Assembly: GCA_964016885.1 (NCBI GenBank)
Contig: OZ024743.1
Span: 31,930,001-31,994,000, forward strand
Length of the DNA: 64,000 nt
Source of the DNA: Eledone cirrhosa
Lineage: Eukaryota
Direction of reading: 5' to 3'
Shown: positions 24,790-37,747 of the stretch, in pieces
Numbering within the stretch: the stretch's first letter is position 1
Layout of the letters: every line of letters starts with the position of its first letter
Made by a program: the position numbers and the translations under genes
Notes under the pieces: generated by a model
Databases searched by the model: none
What the model was told of the DNA's origin: nothing
Seen by the model: the letters and a program-made list of their open reading frames with translations, nothing else

Positions 24790-25350
24790 TGTAAACCTTT
24801 ATATGTAATAATCTCCCGTTAGGTTGAGATACACTTTTGGCTGTATTGGGCTGCGCTTTCTAGCAAAAAGCCTACCAGCCGTAAGCAGCTAATCACATCC
24901 TTTCTAACTTGACCGCTGCCACGTCACGATTCTTAGCCATTTTTAATGTATTCTTGGCGCGATCACTTTGGAAAATTAATTGTCTAAATTTGAGCTAACT
25001 TCCTGAAGAATCCGAAACTCTATATATCCAATGTTATCGGATGTCTTAAAATGCGGATGAAACCATGGTAGAGGTAATTAAATATGTACACTTTTCTTCT
25101 AGTTTATTTTACATCTAATTCTGTTTAGTTGACTGTATATCTGGTCGATCTATACATGCTGTCAAAATACTCGATAAATAATCCGTCGTAACCGCCGCGA
25201 AGGGGCTGCTTTCGGTTATTTGTCGGAGATTTCTTCATAGGAGCCTTTATTCTTATAGCTTGGTCTAATTGATTTTTTATATGGTTAATTATACTAATTG
25301 GGAGAGGAAACGGTATATATTTTATCTGGCGATTATATAGACATGTTTTA

Positions 25351-25355
<5 letters not shown>
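24790..25355 (+). mobile_element. Probable solo PLE pseudo-LTR or hammerhead-containing non-coding element between (TA)n tracts
   Basis: Contains a hammerhead motif, has no ORF and is bounded by TA repeats; same layout as 3563-4270. Confidence 0.55.
24998..25075 (+). ncRNA. Type I hammerhead ribozyme with canonical core and extended helix II
   Basis: Helix I ACTTC/GAGGT; CTGAAGA 25003-25009; helix II ATCCG/CGGAT; GAAA 25059-25062; palindrome CCATGG; GUA site with cleavage after 25070. Confidence 0.8.
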
Positions 25356-25409
<54 letters not shown>

Positions 25410-25845
25410 ATAATATACTCTGTGTTTAAGTAAAAACATTTTGAAGATCCTACGCAAGGAATGTTTAAGTACTGACTATGTCACTTATTCTCGGCAAAAA
25501 CAAAGGGGAGTAATCGATAGTCCTGTTTCTCGCTTGTTAGTGGATATCAAGACTACTCCCCACTCCGCTTTTGCCGAGATTTATAGAAGCTGGGTTCTTA
25601 TAGAATTCCAGTAATGTTTAAGAGCTGATTAAACAGAGCGGCTGCCGGTTTAGCAAAAGTTAGGTATTAGTATTGGTGCTCTGAAATATCGATGTATATA
25701 TGAATGTATGTATAGTATATTTGGCAATATACTGTATGTATAATTAAAAACATTTTGAAGACCATTTGCTATGAATTTCAAAGTAGTGACTATGTCACTT
25801 AATTATTCTCTGTATGCATGTATGTATCTATGTATGTATGTATGT

Positions 25846-26210
25846 GAAGGAAAACTCTGATATAACACCTGCAACTCTGATGGTATCCAATGATGTTGAC
25901 ATGTTCTTCTTTTTGGTAAATATCATCTTGGTTAAGCGAGTGGGACTGGCTTTGTGCAGTCCCTTTGCTTACTATAAAAGCTTCACGGCAGAGGCAGTGC
26001 TTTATATCTGGAGATCTCTCCGCACTTGTCGTCACATGGTACCATGTACCCAGCACAATGTGTCAATAATTGTCACAAGTGTAGTGTTTGTACCAGAGTT
26101 TTCAAGTCGCTGGCTGGACTAAAAAGTCACACTCGTTCAGCGCATCGGTAGGGGTTCACCTACATGGATATAAAGTAGTGGCCGTACTCGAAAACGAGTT
26201 GGCAGCCACC
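25846..26210 (+). mobile_element. 5'-truncated RTE-derived non-autonomous element with (ATGT)n tail
   Basis: Reverse-complement match to 18980-19345; ATGT repeats on both sides. Confidence 0.8.
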
Positions 26211-26246
26211 ATGTATGTGTGTATGCTTGTATGTATGTATGTATAT

Positions 26247-26847
26247 ACGACCTGCCTCATGGTCGGGTCATCGGCGACTAAACCGGCAACCCCACCAAGT
26301 TTATTTGACGTGGAGGGTGATGTTGGACACCCCACAGGACAAAAAAACAAAACCTGACAAACGGCGGAAGTACTCATAAGAGTCAACGGCTATCCCAAAG
26401 TGGGTAAATATGTATATAAATGTATGCATTCGTATATATGTATATACATATATGTATAGATATATATATGCATGTACGCATATGTGTGTATATGCAAGGA
26501 TACATAGAAATAATCGGGCTGGATACTTGATCGCGCGGTTAAACCATTGGCAGTAAAGGACCCCTAGCCCTTACCACGGCATTCTTCTAGGAGAATGCAG
26601 CTCAGGAAACTGGGATAACTCCGACATAAAACCTGCGGCTCGGTAGATACCGATGATGTTGATCTTTTGTTCTTTCGGGTCAGAGCTACTGTTGCTGTTA
26701 TAGCTACTGTGAGAGTGGGATTGGCTCAGTGCACAGTCTTTCATCACTTTAAAAAAATCTTCACGCATTGCACGATAGAATGAATTAATAATTGTTAATA
26801 ATGTTATATCGTGCTATGGCCTTAATTGATAACGAGGGGCAGCCATC
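26247..26847 (+). mobile_element. RTE-derived non-autonomous element, second subfamily
   Basis: Reverse-complement match to 31009-31595; shares its leader and terminal hairpin with 18980-19587. Confidence 0.8.
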
Positions 26848-26894
<47 letters not shown>

Positions 26895-26945
26895 CATACA
26901 TACATACATACATACATACATACATACATACGTACATACATACAT

Positions 26946-29900
26946 TCCATCAGTCAACGCGATCAGTCGCATATTTTGGCGTGGGAGAATATTTATTAAA
27001 TTTAAGATGAATACTATCTCCGACAGTAATGCCACAACTACAGCCAGGTTGAATAACTGGTTATTCTTCTAACTATCCCTTCTGAAGACACTTTTATTCG
27101 AATTCGTAGAGATATCCGACTAAATACATAATTCATTTTACAAGGATTTGTTACAAACAGCATGGCTGAACACAACATCAACAAGAAAATTAAGGAAGTA
27201 TCGAAGACAAATAACAAAGAAGGTAATCATACTTTATTCCTTTGTAGCTACAGAAGAAACCGAAATTATAAATTGCATTTCTCTTGGAGTTGCGAATTCA
27301 ATAATGATTTATTTAAATGTTATAAAATGGCAAAAAACACTCCCTCCATTGGCTATATGAATAGAATGAAGCTACACTTGAACGAAATGCACCCAGAGCT
27401 AAATTATTTCACAGCGAAACAATTACACCAACAAGTGACGTTTGTTGAACGTAAAAATAAGATAAATATTATTAATTGTAAGTCCCCCACAACAAACATG
27501 GAATCAACAACACGTGCTACAGATCGCCATGTTACTAGACTTTCTAGCAGCCAGGTCGAACAGCGCCTTGAAACAACTATGCCTGTAAGAAACTTGACAC
27601 CCCCTGTACCATCTAAGTCTACATCGAATGCTGGGGAAAACACTATCGATAATAATAATAATCGAAGAAATAATAATAATAATCGAATAAATGTGACACC
27701 ACGTATACCATCCGAGTCTACCTCGACTGTTGTGGAAAATACTATCGATAATGATAATCAAAAGTATAAACAATTGAAAATTTCCATCAACGAAATCTTC
27801 TAGAGAGAAATTAACTCATGTATAAATATCTCTCTGGCTGAACGTGTTAAAATGACAATGGTGAATAAAAAACCAAATAATGAAATACTACGTGTTATTG
27901 ACGAAATAGGGGATGAATATTTACGACGGATAAAAACCCCAACATTTTGGCAAATCAACGCCTGTTTATATGCCTTAGCTATGACAGTGAAGCATTATCT
28001 TGGTGGTAGCAGAGACAGTAACAAGAACGGAACACCACCAAAAATACCATCATATATAACTAAAATAGAAAAAAAGATTGCTGACCTACGAAAAACCATA
28101 GTATATGTGACAATGCTCCTTACATGCAAAAAAAACACAATAAAAGCTCACTCCTCACCAACAAAGAGTGAAAAATGAAATAGAGACGAGTTTGGTAACA
28201 GTAGAACCAGAACTCTTCAATATAAGCTGATCAGCATCAAACAAGAATTGAGAGTTGTTAGCGAAAAACGCCGATACCTGAAGAAGGTAGATGAGAGAAA
28301 AATGCTTAATAACAGATTCAGACGAAACCAAACATCAGTTTATAGAGATACGAAGAACAAAATAATAAGTGTCACTGAGGCCCCATCCCAGAAAGACATA
28401 GATTCCTTTTGGAGCAAAATATGGGGTGAAAAGAAAAATTTCAACCAAGATGCAGTGTGGCTAAAAGAAATCCGAAAGAACTATTGCTCCTACACTACAA
28501 CAAAAACATACGAAATAAGTGAGGGTACCCTTGAGACTGTGATAGGAAAACTCCAAGATAAAAAAACACCAGGAAAAGACATGATTGTTGGCTACTGGTA
28601 CAAAAAACTTATATTCTATCGCAGGTATCTTACTGACCTCTACCAACAAGTTCTTAAGGGAGATACACTTATACCAGAATGTTTGACATTAGCACAAACA
28701 TTACTGGTCCCCAAGAACAAAGACACCCACTTGGCAAAAAACTACCGACCCATTGCATGCCAGAACCTGATGTAGCAGCTGGAAAGAAAGGGGTTAGGGG
28801 ATGTGCTGAACAACTCCTAATCAACAAAACTGCGATGTCGGACGTGCGACAACTTAGGAGGAATATGGCTACAGTCTGGCTGGACTACAGGAAAGCTTTC
28901 GATTCTGTTCCCCACTCTTGGATGATAGAGGCCCTCCAACTTGCTAAGGTCCCAGATATTATTGTCAGAGCCATAGAGAGACTGTCTTCTTCTTGGGCTA
29001 CTATCCTAAGGTTAAATATAGAGAGGGAGGACACTATTTTCGCTGATAAAATAAAATATTGCAGGGGTATACTTCAGGGGGACAGTCTCTCTGTGATATT
29101 ATTCATCTTGTCATTAAACCCCTTGTCCTTTCTGCTCAAGAAATGTGAGAGATACATCATTGGTTCACAGGAGAACAGAAATACTAACCTAACCCATATT
29201 ATCTTTGTGGACGATCTGAAACTCTATGCCCAGGACATGGATGGTATGAAGAACAATATTGACCTGGTTACAACGTTCCCAAAGGATATAGGAATGTAGT
29301 TTGGCCAAGATAAATGTTCATACATGACTGTAAAGCGGGTAAAAAAATCTAGCAACATTGTCATCAATGGCCTAACTATTTCACCAATATCTGATGAGGA
29401 CTGCTACAGATACCTGGGGATAGATGAGAACATATCCTATAATGGTATCTGTAATAAAGAACGCGTAACCAGGGAATACTACACCCGATTAAGAAAGATC
29501 TGGTCATCGGAACTCTCTGCGCAAAACAAAACGGTGACTCACAATGTGTTTGCTGTGCCTGTCCTAACACCAACGTTTGGAATACTCAATTGGACGATAG
29601 ACGAAATCCGAGCAGTTGATGTTGGAACTCGAAAATACTAAACAACACCGGAAACTTCCACATCAACAGTGACATAGACCGCCTTTACTTGAAAGGTAAG
29701 CAGGGAGGCAGAGGCCTAACATCAGTCCAGACAACATTTGAATGTCGCATCATATCTCTCCGACATCTATGAACCTCAAAGCGTAGGAGCCCGTTTCTCG
29801 AGCAACTCTATCTGCATGAAACAGATAAGATGATGAGAGTTAGCAAGGAATTCCTCGAGAGATATTCCCTGTATGATAATCAAAAACTCACACCTAGGGA

Positions 29901-30993
29901 AGTCGCTCAGCAGTATCGCAGTGAATCCATGGATGAAAAACTGCATGCTTATTAGCAAAAGATCATGCATTGATATGTTGCCAGGAAGCTCCAGAGTGAG
30001 AGTAATATAGATAAGGAAAGTAGTCTATCTTGGACCAACAACCGCTATATTGGCTCCCACTTTGAAGGATACGCTTTTGCAATCCAAGAACAGGAGATTA
30101 ACACGAAATACCTGATTCACAAAACAGATAGGGATGCAGGCAAAACACCTAGATGTGATAACAAGTGCAGACTCTGCATAACTAACATCGAGGATATCAC
30201 CCATGTCATCAGCAGCTGTCCAAAGATGTCATCGCGGTACTATCTACCTATGAGGCATGATGTAGTGGCCAAAACACTTTACAATGCAGTTCGTAAAAAA
30301 AAAAGATAGCCCCGATAATAAACACATTAAAAGCTACAACAATGTGGAAGACATCCACGTACATAATATGAAAGAGTACTGGTGGAATCTTCCAGTAAAA
30401 ACCCCAATAAAATGCAGGCGGAACAGACCAGATATTATGATATGGGACAGGGAGAAGAAAGCATTCACAGTAGTTGAAATTAGATGCCCAGCAGATGCCA
30501 ATATAGTATCAAAGATTAACGAAAAGGAGAATATTTATGCAGAACTGATGAGAAATCTGCAGCTACTCCACCCTGATTGCACCTTCAGATTTATGTCTGT
30601 AATTATTGTGGCAATGGGGTATGTTAGTAACTGCCTCAATACAAATCTTGAGAAGCTAGGCTTCACAGGAACAGAGAGAACACAACTTGTTAGGAAAGAA
30701 CAAGTACAATCCATTAATGAAACAGTAAAAATATGTAAAACATTTCAAAAATGTTGCATCTAATGATTGCATATATACATGTACAGATACATGCAAAGCA
30801 TATACACATGCACACTTACAACTCAAAATATACACATCCACACATACAATAACATCCATATCTACACAAGGATTCATACATAATCTACCTAGTTGATGTT
30901 GTGTAAATTCCAACGAGGGAGTCTTGTGTCTATGTTAGAAACTGACTCTCTCTTTATTGGAAAAAAATTTGTGAAATTATAAAACCAGAAGAA
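26946..30993 (+). mobile_element. Near full-length, decayed R4/Dong-type RLE LINE (family C) inserted in (ACAT)n
   Basis: N-terminal WSCEFNNDLFKCYK..GYMNRMK, NYRPIAC, WLDYRKAFDSVPHSW, LQGDSLS, FVDDLKLY, CRLC..EDITHVISSC, NRPDIMIWD..VVEIRCP. ACAT repeats at 26890-26945 and 30993-31008. Confidence 0.9.
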
Positions 30994-31008
30994 CATACAT
31001 ACATACAT

Positions 31009-31633
31009 GATGGTTGCCCCCTCGTCATCGAGTATGGCCATTGCACAATATACCATTATTAATAATTATTAATTAATTCTATCGTGCAATGCCTGTGCGT
31101 GAAGATATTTTTTAAAGTGAGGAAAGACTGTGCACTGAGCCAATCCCTCTCTCTGAGCGACAGTAGCTATAACCCGAAAAGAACAAAAGATCAACATCAT
31201 CGGTAACTACTCAGCCGCAGGTTTTATATCGGAGTTATCCCAGTTTCCTGAGTTGCCTTCTCCTAGAAGAATGCCCTGATAAAGGCGAGGGGTCCTTCAC
31301 TCCCAGTGGTTTAACCACGCGATCGGGTTTCCAGCCGGACTATTTCTATGTTCGCGTGCATATACATACACATGCACCCATGTATATACACATATACATA
31401 TACATACATATGTACATGTGTATATACATGTTTACACACTTTTGGGTAGCCGTTGACTCTTATGAGTTCTTCCGCCCATTGTCAGGTATTTATTTTTGTC
31501 CTGCAGGGTGTCTAAAATCACGCTCCTCACCAAGTAAACTTGGTGGGGTTGCCGGTTTAGTCGCCGACAACCCGACCGTGCGATTGGTTGTACTGGGTTA
31601 CATGTTACCAGTAGCACTCAAGAGTGACCCGAC
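31009..31633 (-). mobile_element. RTE-derived non-autonomous element, second subfamily, apparently full length
   Basis: Homologous to 26247-26847; ACAT repeats on both sides. Confidence 0.8.
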
Positions 31634-31695
31634 ATACATACATACATACATACATACATACATACATACATACATACATACATGCATACATACAT

Positions 31696-32661
31696 AAACG
31701 TAAGCAGGGATGCAGAGGCCTAACATCATTCCAGACAACATTTGAATGTCGCATCATATCTCTCCGACAACATCTACGAACCTCGAAACGTAGGAGCCCG
31801 TTTCTCGAGCAACTCTATCTGCATGAAACAGATGAGATCATGAGAGTTGGCAAGGAATTCCTCGAGAGATATTCCCTGTGTGATAATCAAAAACTCACAC
31901 CTAGGGAAGTCGCTCAGCAGTATCGTAGTGAATCCATGGATGAAAAACTGCATGCTTATCAGCAAAAAATCATGCATGGATATGTTGCCGGGAAGCTCCA
32001 GAGTGAGAGTAATATATATAAGGAAAGTAGTCTATCTTGGACCAACAACCGCTATATTGGCTCCTACTTTGAAGGATACGCTTTTGCTATCCAAGAACAG
32101 GAGATTAACACGAAAGAGATGCAGGCAAAACACCTAGATTTGATAACAAGTGCAGACTCTGCAGAACTAATATCGAGGATATCATCCATGTCATCTCCAG
32201 CTGTCCAAAGATGTCATCGCGGTACTGTCTACCTATGATGCATGATGTAGTGGCCAAAACACTGTACAATGCAGTTCGTAAAAAAGATAGCCCCGATAAT
32301 AAACACATCCATGTACATAATATGAAAGAGTACTGGTGGATTGTTCCAGTAAAAACCCCAATTAAATGCAGACCAATTTTTACTTTACATTAATGGAACA
32401 GTAAAAATATGTAAAACAGTCCCAAAAATGTTGCATTTGATAACTGCAAATACACATGTACAGATACAAAGCATATACACATGCACACATAGAACTCAAA
32501 ACATCCACATCCACACATACAATAACATCCATATCTACACATGCATACATAATCTACCTAGTTGGTGTTGTGTAAATTCCAATAAGAGAGTCTTGTGTCT
32601 ATGTTAGAAACCGACTCTCTCTCTATTGGTAAAGATGTGTGAAATTATAAAACAAGAAGAA
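31696..32661 (+). mobile_element. 5'-truncated, internally deleted copy of LINE family C in (ACAT)n
   Basis: Matches 29695-30993 with deletions (most of the RLE lost); same 3' end AGAAGAA-CATACATAC. Confidence 0.9.
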
Positions 32662-32757
32662 CATACATACATATATAGTTATATAGCGTGAAGATAATAT
32701 AACTGTTATTTTGCTTCCTGTATTTTGTTTTGTTTCATTTATTAACTACACACACAC

Positions 32758-32816
<59 letters not shown>

Positions 32817-32818
<2 letters not shown>

Positions 32819-32956
32819 CGAAGGAAATGTGGTAAGGAACCAGGTGGACCATAACGCACCAAAGTACTCAATACTTCGGGTAGTAGAGTGGGTATTAGAG
32901 TCCAGAATTAGCCGTCGAAACGGCTTGAGCTCAGCCGTCAGGGTCCTACTCGTTCC
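32817..32956. repeat. Rearranged copy of the 6445-6583 repeat (B reversed, then A forward) in (TA)n
   Basis: 32817-32897 is the reverse complement of 6503-6583; 32899-32956 is a direct copy of 6445-6502. Confidence 0.85.
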
Positions 32957-32987
<31 letters not shown>

Positions 32988-33047
32988 TTGTGTATGAGTG
33001 TTTCTGTTTCCGACACACACACATCCACACACATACATATATATATA

Positions 33048-33082
<35 letters not shown>

Positions 33083-33221
33083 AAAATAATAAATTTGAAG
33101 ACTAAAATCCAAATAGGGCTCGATAAGGATAAATATATATAGAGCAAATATTTTTTTAAATAACAGATTAAAGTTTAAGCGAAGAATCGCTGCTTTGACC
33201 CTTAACAGGATCTTCTGAAAC

Positions 33222-33280
<59 letters not shown>

Positions 33281-33380
33281 CGTTTCTGAATTAGTTTAGC
33301 AAGATTCTTTATCTGAAATCGTGTGTTGAAACCGATATTGTTATACTTTGGGAGGGTCATGTTGCCAATAAGAAACACAC

Positions 33381-33443
<63 letters not shown>

Positions 33444-33454
33444 CATAGACACAC

Positions 33455-33490
<36 letters not shown>

Positions 33491-33508
33491 ATATATATAT
33501 ACATACAT

Positions 33509-33558
<50 letters not shown>

Positions 33559-34127
33559 TGGGGAGGGAGATACATGTAAGTATGTATGTGTCTGTTTCGA
33601 GTAGCGTTTCTCTCGAGTCGTCTTATTAGAGGGACACACATAATACGTCCTTTGTTTTTATCTCATTCTTCCGTGTATTCTTGTACACCAACATTCTAAC
33701 TTTTAATTCAGTTTCTATTCACCCTTTCTCTATCTCTGTTTCTCTCGCTCACCTACTTCTGAAAATTTTCTTAGACATTAAAAAAATATCATTATCTACC
33801 ACACAGCGATAACATTGCTACTACCTCTTTCCAATATCTCTTCCTACAACTACATCTACTCGGTGATTAACTTTATCCAATTTCTGTAACTTCCCCACAC
33901 CTTCACAATGTGTCTCTACCTTATTGTCTATCTACTGTCATCTCTTAATTTTCTTTCAGTCTCTTGTCTTACGTTTTGTGTTTTGTTTTTTTTTGTGTTA
34001 TTTCAGTTGATGTTTTTCTAAATGGAATACTTTCTATCACTTTCTCCTTCATCTTCATTCATCGTATAACCTATATATTATTGCACTTATACACAAAGAC
34101 ACTCACACAGAAGATAGAGAGAGATTC

Positions 34128-34176
<49 letters not shown>

Positions 34177-34416
34177 TATAGATAGATAGATAGATAAATT
34201 TCTTTATTAGCCACAAGGGTACAAAAGAAGGGGACAAATACAATTAGGGAGTTTACATACAGGTATATGAAAATAAAATTATTAATAAAATAACAAATAA
34301 CAATTGGGGGGAGGTGTTACACAGGGGTTGTACACACCCCGAAAAAATGTACAACACTCATCTCCAGGAGCACCAAGAGTGAGTACTCTCTTCCTCTCTT
34401 CCCCTTTTTCCTCAAC

Positions 34417-37400
34417 CTACAGGCTTATAGAGAGAGAAGGCCCAACCACTCGGGCCATCTTTGCCACATTCACCCACCTTTTATAAAATTTGCTGGGGTA
34501 CAGCACCTCTCTCTCCATCCTGATACTTCTTCCAAAATTATATTTGAAAAAACGAATCAGTTGCCGCCGGAGAGAAAGGTGTCTGACCTCAGCCCTTTTA
34601 ACCTCGTCCACTATATAACCTCTTTCACCATAGCCATAACACATAGGAATCCCGCCTCTCCCTCGTTTTTGAAGGAGGGTGGCGGTTTGATATGGTCAAC
34701 CGGATTGGTCCCACCCGCGACAATAGTCGTTATACATAGCCTCAGAGGTTGGTAACGCCCGGGCAGTGTACAAATGCGTGCGCGACGGTTCCTCGTCGCG
34801 CACGCATCTCGGACAGATCTTTTTCGAAGGGTCCCTACCCGGGCGCTCGTGTCTGTAGAGCTTGTCTCGAACTGGTAGAGCTCCTCGGTAGCACTGCCAG
34901 GCCAAGGACTTTGGGAAGTTGTCCATTGGTCCCGGGCGGAAGGTCCTACCGAACAGACTGGCCAGTTCGTCCTCCTCTACGACTAGAGTTTCTCCGAGCG
35001 TGTCGTCGCACTTGCTGCGGACCAACCCTCTATAGAATGTCGAAGTGGAGTCTCCACTGATCGCCGGGTCCGTTTGCCAGAGGACTGTGAGCGCCTGAGC
35101 ACATTCGATGTGCCAGTCGCCCATTTTCCTCAGTCTTTTCTTGACTCAGGACTGCAGCTCGGTCAGCGAGACGAGTCGTGGGAAGGCTCGACTCACGAAC
35201 GGGGCCCACACCGGTTGTCTGGTGAGGAATACGTGGAGGATCCCGAAGCCTCAGCGCGTGTTTGCGCATCGTCAGCCACGGCATCCCCAGCCCTCCTCCG
35301 TTTGAAGGGTGTTGGCAGCAGATGGATCTTCTCACCAAAGGAGCCCGTTTCTTCCAAAAGAATTGGAAGAGCGCGCGCTCGATTTTGGTGAGCGTTTTGG
35401 CTGGACAAGGCACGAGGTCAAGTAGATGACGGACGCTATAAAAGTGTTCGCCACCTCCGCTCGACCTTTCAAGGATAGTTTGCACTCGGCCCACTTCTGG
35501 GCGAGTGCAAACACCTTGGCCGTCACCTCGTTCCAGTTCTTCTCCACCTGGAGGTCCGGACCAAACAAGAACCCGAGCAGCTTTACCGGTCCTTCCGTCC
35601 GGCGTCTGACGACGCCATCGGAAGGCATCGGTTTGCCTCTCCACGTTCCGAGTTTCAAACCGACGGATTTGTCCCGGACAGCTTCGCTCCTGTGAACCTT
35701 TCTTATTCCTCCAGTAAGGTGCCGAACTCCCCGATTTGCGAGGTGCTCGACACCATTACTGTCACGTCCTCGGCGTAGGCCGACGCCGCTTTTCGCAGTC
35801 GCGGTTCCAAAGGGATGCCCTGCAATAGCTCCAACTTCTGCAGTAGTGGCTCGATAGTTAGTACGTACAGAAGGGAGGAGAGAGGGCATCCCTGTCGGAT
35901 GGATCGCGTGATATGGAACGGCTCCGAGAGGTAGCCATTCATCTTGACCCTTGAACAGATGTTGCTGCTTTGCATTTCAGCAATCCAGCCCCTGAACACG
36001 GGTTTGAAGCCTGCCGCCTCGAGCACCGCATCCAGGTAACGATGGTCAACCCTATCGAAAGCCTTAGACTGATCCAAGTTGATCAGGGCCCCACCGAAGC
36101 CGGGTTTACACCCTACCCTCTCTATGAAGTATCGCATGAGGTGGAGGTTGTCGTGTATGGACCTGGTCGGGATTGCGCATGTCTGCGCTTCACCCACCAG
36201 GTTTTCGACGACATGCGCCAGCCTCTTTGCCAACACCTTGGCCAAAATTTGTAACTCTGTGTTGAGCAGAGTTATGGGCCGGAAGTTGCCTATGTCATCC
36301 CTCTTGTTCTCGTCCTTCATGACTAACGTGATTACGCCCTTGGTCACAGAACTGTGAATTCTCCCGTTCTGCTGCCAGTTGCAGTAGACCGCTTCCAGGA
36401 GTCCAGATAATAAGTCCGGCATTGCCACGTAAAATTCGTAGGGTAGACCGTCGAGACCTGGAGATTTATGTTTCCCGCATTGGCTCAGCGCGTCCCCTAT
36501 CTCAGCGGCCGAAATCGGCCTTTCGCAGAACTTCCCCTCGCTATCCGAGAGTCGCGGTAGGCCGTCGAGGTATGAACCGAAATCCATAGCCCCTCCCGGC
36601 GCGCTACCCTGCCCGAACATTATCACGCGTCCGTCTTGGTCCTTCAAAGACCGAATCGTGGACTTGTTGCCACTTTACGCCTCCGTCACTCGGGCCAAGC
36701 TGAAAGCTTTGGCTCCCTCGTTTCCCAGAGCACGTATTTTGCTTCTGACAACGCAGCCTTCATGCTTTGCGTCGAAGAACTGGTCCAAGGCCGTTCTCGT
36801 CGCTAGCACGCTGGCTACGTTACCACTCCTAAGTGCCTCTTCTACTTTATCTACCAGTTCCTTTTCGGTCTTATTTCTATCTAACACTAATTCCTTACTA
36901 AAACCTATCGAGTCTGATCTAACTGCCCTCTTTAGAGAGTACCACCATCTGTTGTTGACAATGGCCCCCGTCAAGTGCTGCTTAACTAAAGTGCTAATAC
37001 ATCTACTGTAGGCTTCGCATGTCGGTAACGACAAGTTCAGCTTCCAGTAGCCGGGTCCCTGTCTATGGGTTTTGTCAAGGTTGACTAAGCAGGTCACTAA
37101 TTTGTGATCTGAATAGGCAACCATGAACATTTGTGGACAGCTTAACATGTCCCTATCCTTCTTTCTAACTAGAAGCCTATCTAGGTACGATCTGGATGTT
37201 CCGCGACGATTAGTCCACGTCCACAGTGACACAGTTGGAAAATCTAGTCGATATCTATCGGCCGATTAACTGTTTGAGGCTGTTACACCCCCCTCTATCG
37301 GGACATGCTCCCACATAGTCCCAACGTGCATCTAGGATTCCATTCCAGTCCCCCACTAATAGCAGGGAGCTGGACGCTCCAAGAAAAGTCTCTAGACGTT

Positions 37401-37710
37401 TGAAGAAGTCTGGCCGTCAACGTCTAGGGCCACCAGTCGACCCTCCGGGTCCAGATGTACCGTCTGTGTTACGAGGTCCAGGTGTTTCCGCAGCAAAACG
37501 GCAACACCAGCCCCACCTCCCGGCTGACAGAGAGATGTGTAGATCTCAAAGTCGTCGAAATGGGGGCCAGTTGTCGCTCGCTGTGGATCCTGGACTCGCA
37601 AATGGTTACTACATCCATGCTGTGCGCCTGAGGTCGTTTAAGAGTTTGCCCTGTTTCCAGGGCATCCTCAGGCCGCGTACATTCACACATCCGACTCTTA
37701 TATTGGCCAT
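34417..37710 (-). pseudogene. Tx1-like ORF2 (APE endonuclease, RT, C-terminal CCHC), frameshifted
   Basis: Starts MANIRVGCVNVRGLR; SYLDR, YSDHKLV, GPGYWKLN, KSPGLDGLPYEFY, FRPITLLN, LDQSKAFDRVDH, RQGCPLS, AYAEDV, CPRC. Confidence 0.92.
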
Positions 37711-37747
37711 GTTGGTGCTGAAAAGTTAAAAGAGGAAAAGAAATCAC

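Noticed and set aside
26946-27130. Possible 5' ribozyme of LINE family C (CTGAAGA at ~27082); also the family A leader at 14425-14510
   Set aside because: No matching GAAA/helix II and no HDV-like fold by eye; needs a descriptor search.
26247-31633. Inverted ~600-bp repeats flanking a LINE, resembling a composite transposon
   Set aside because: The arms are diverged, independent SINE-like insertions separated from the LINE by microsatellite tracts.
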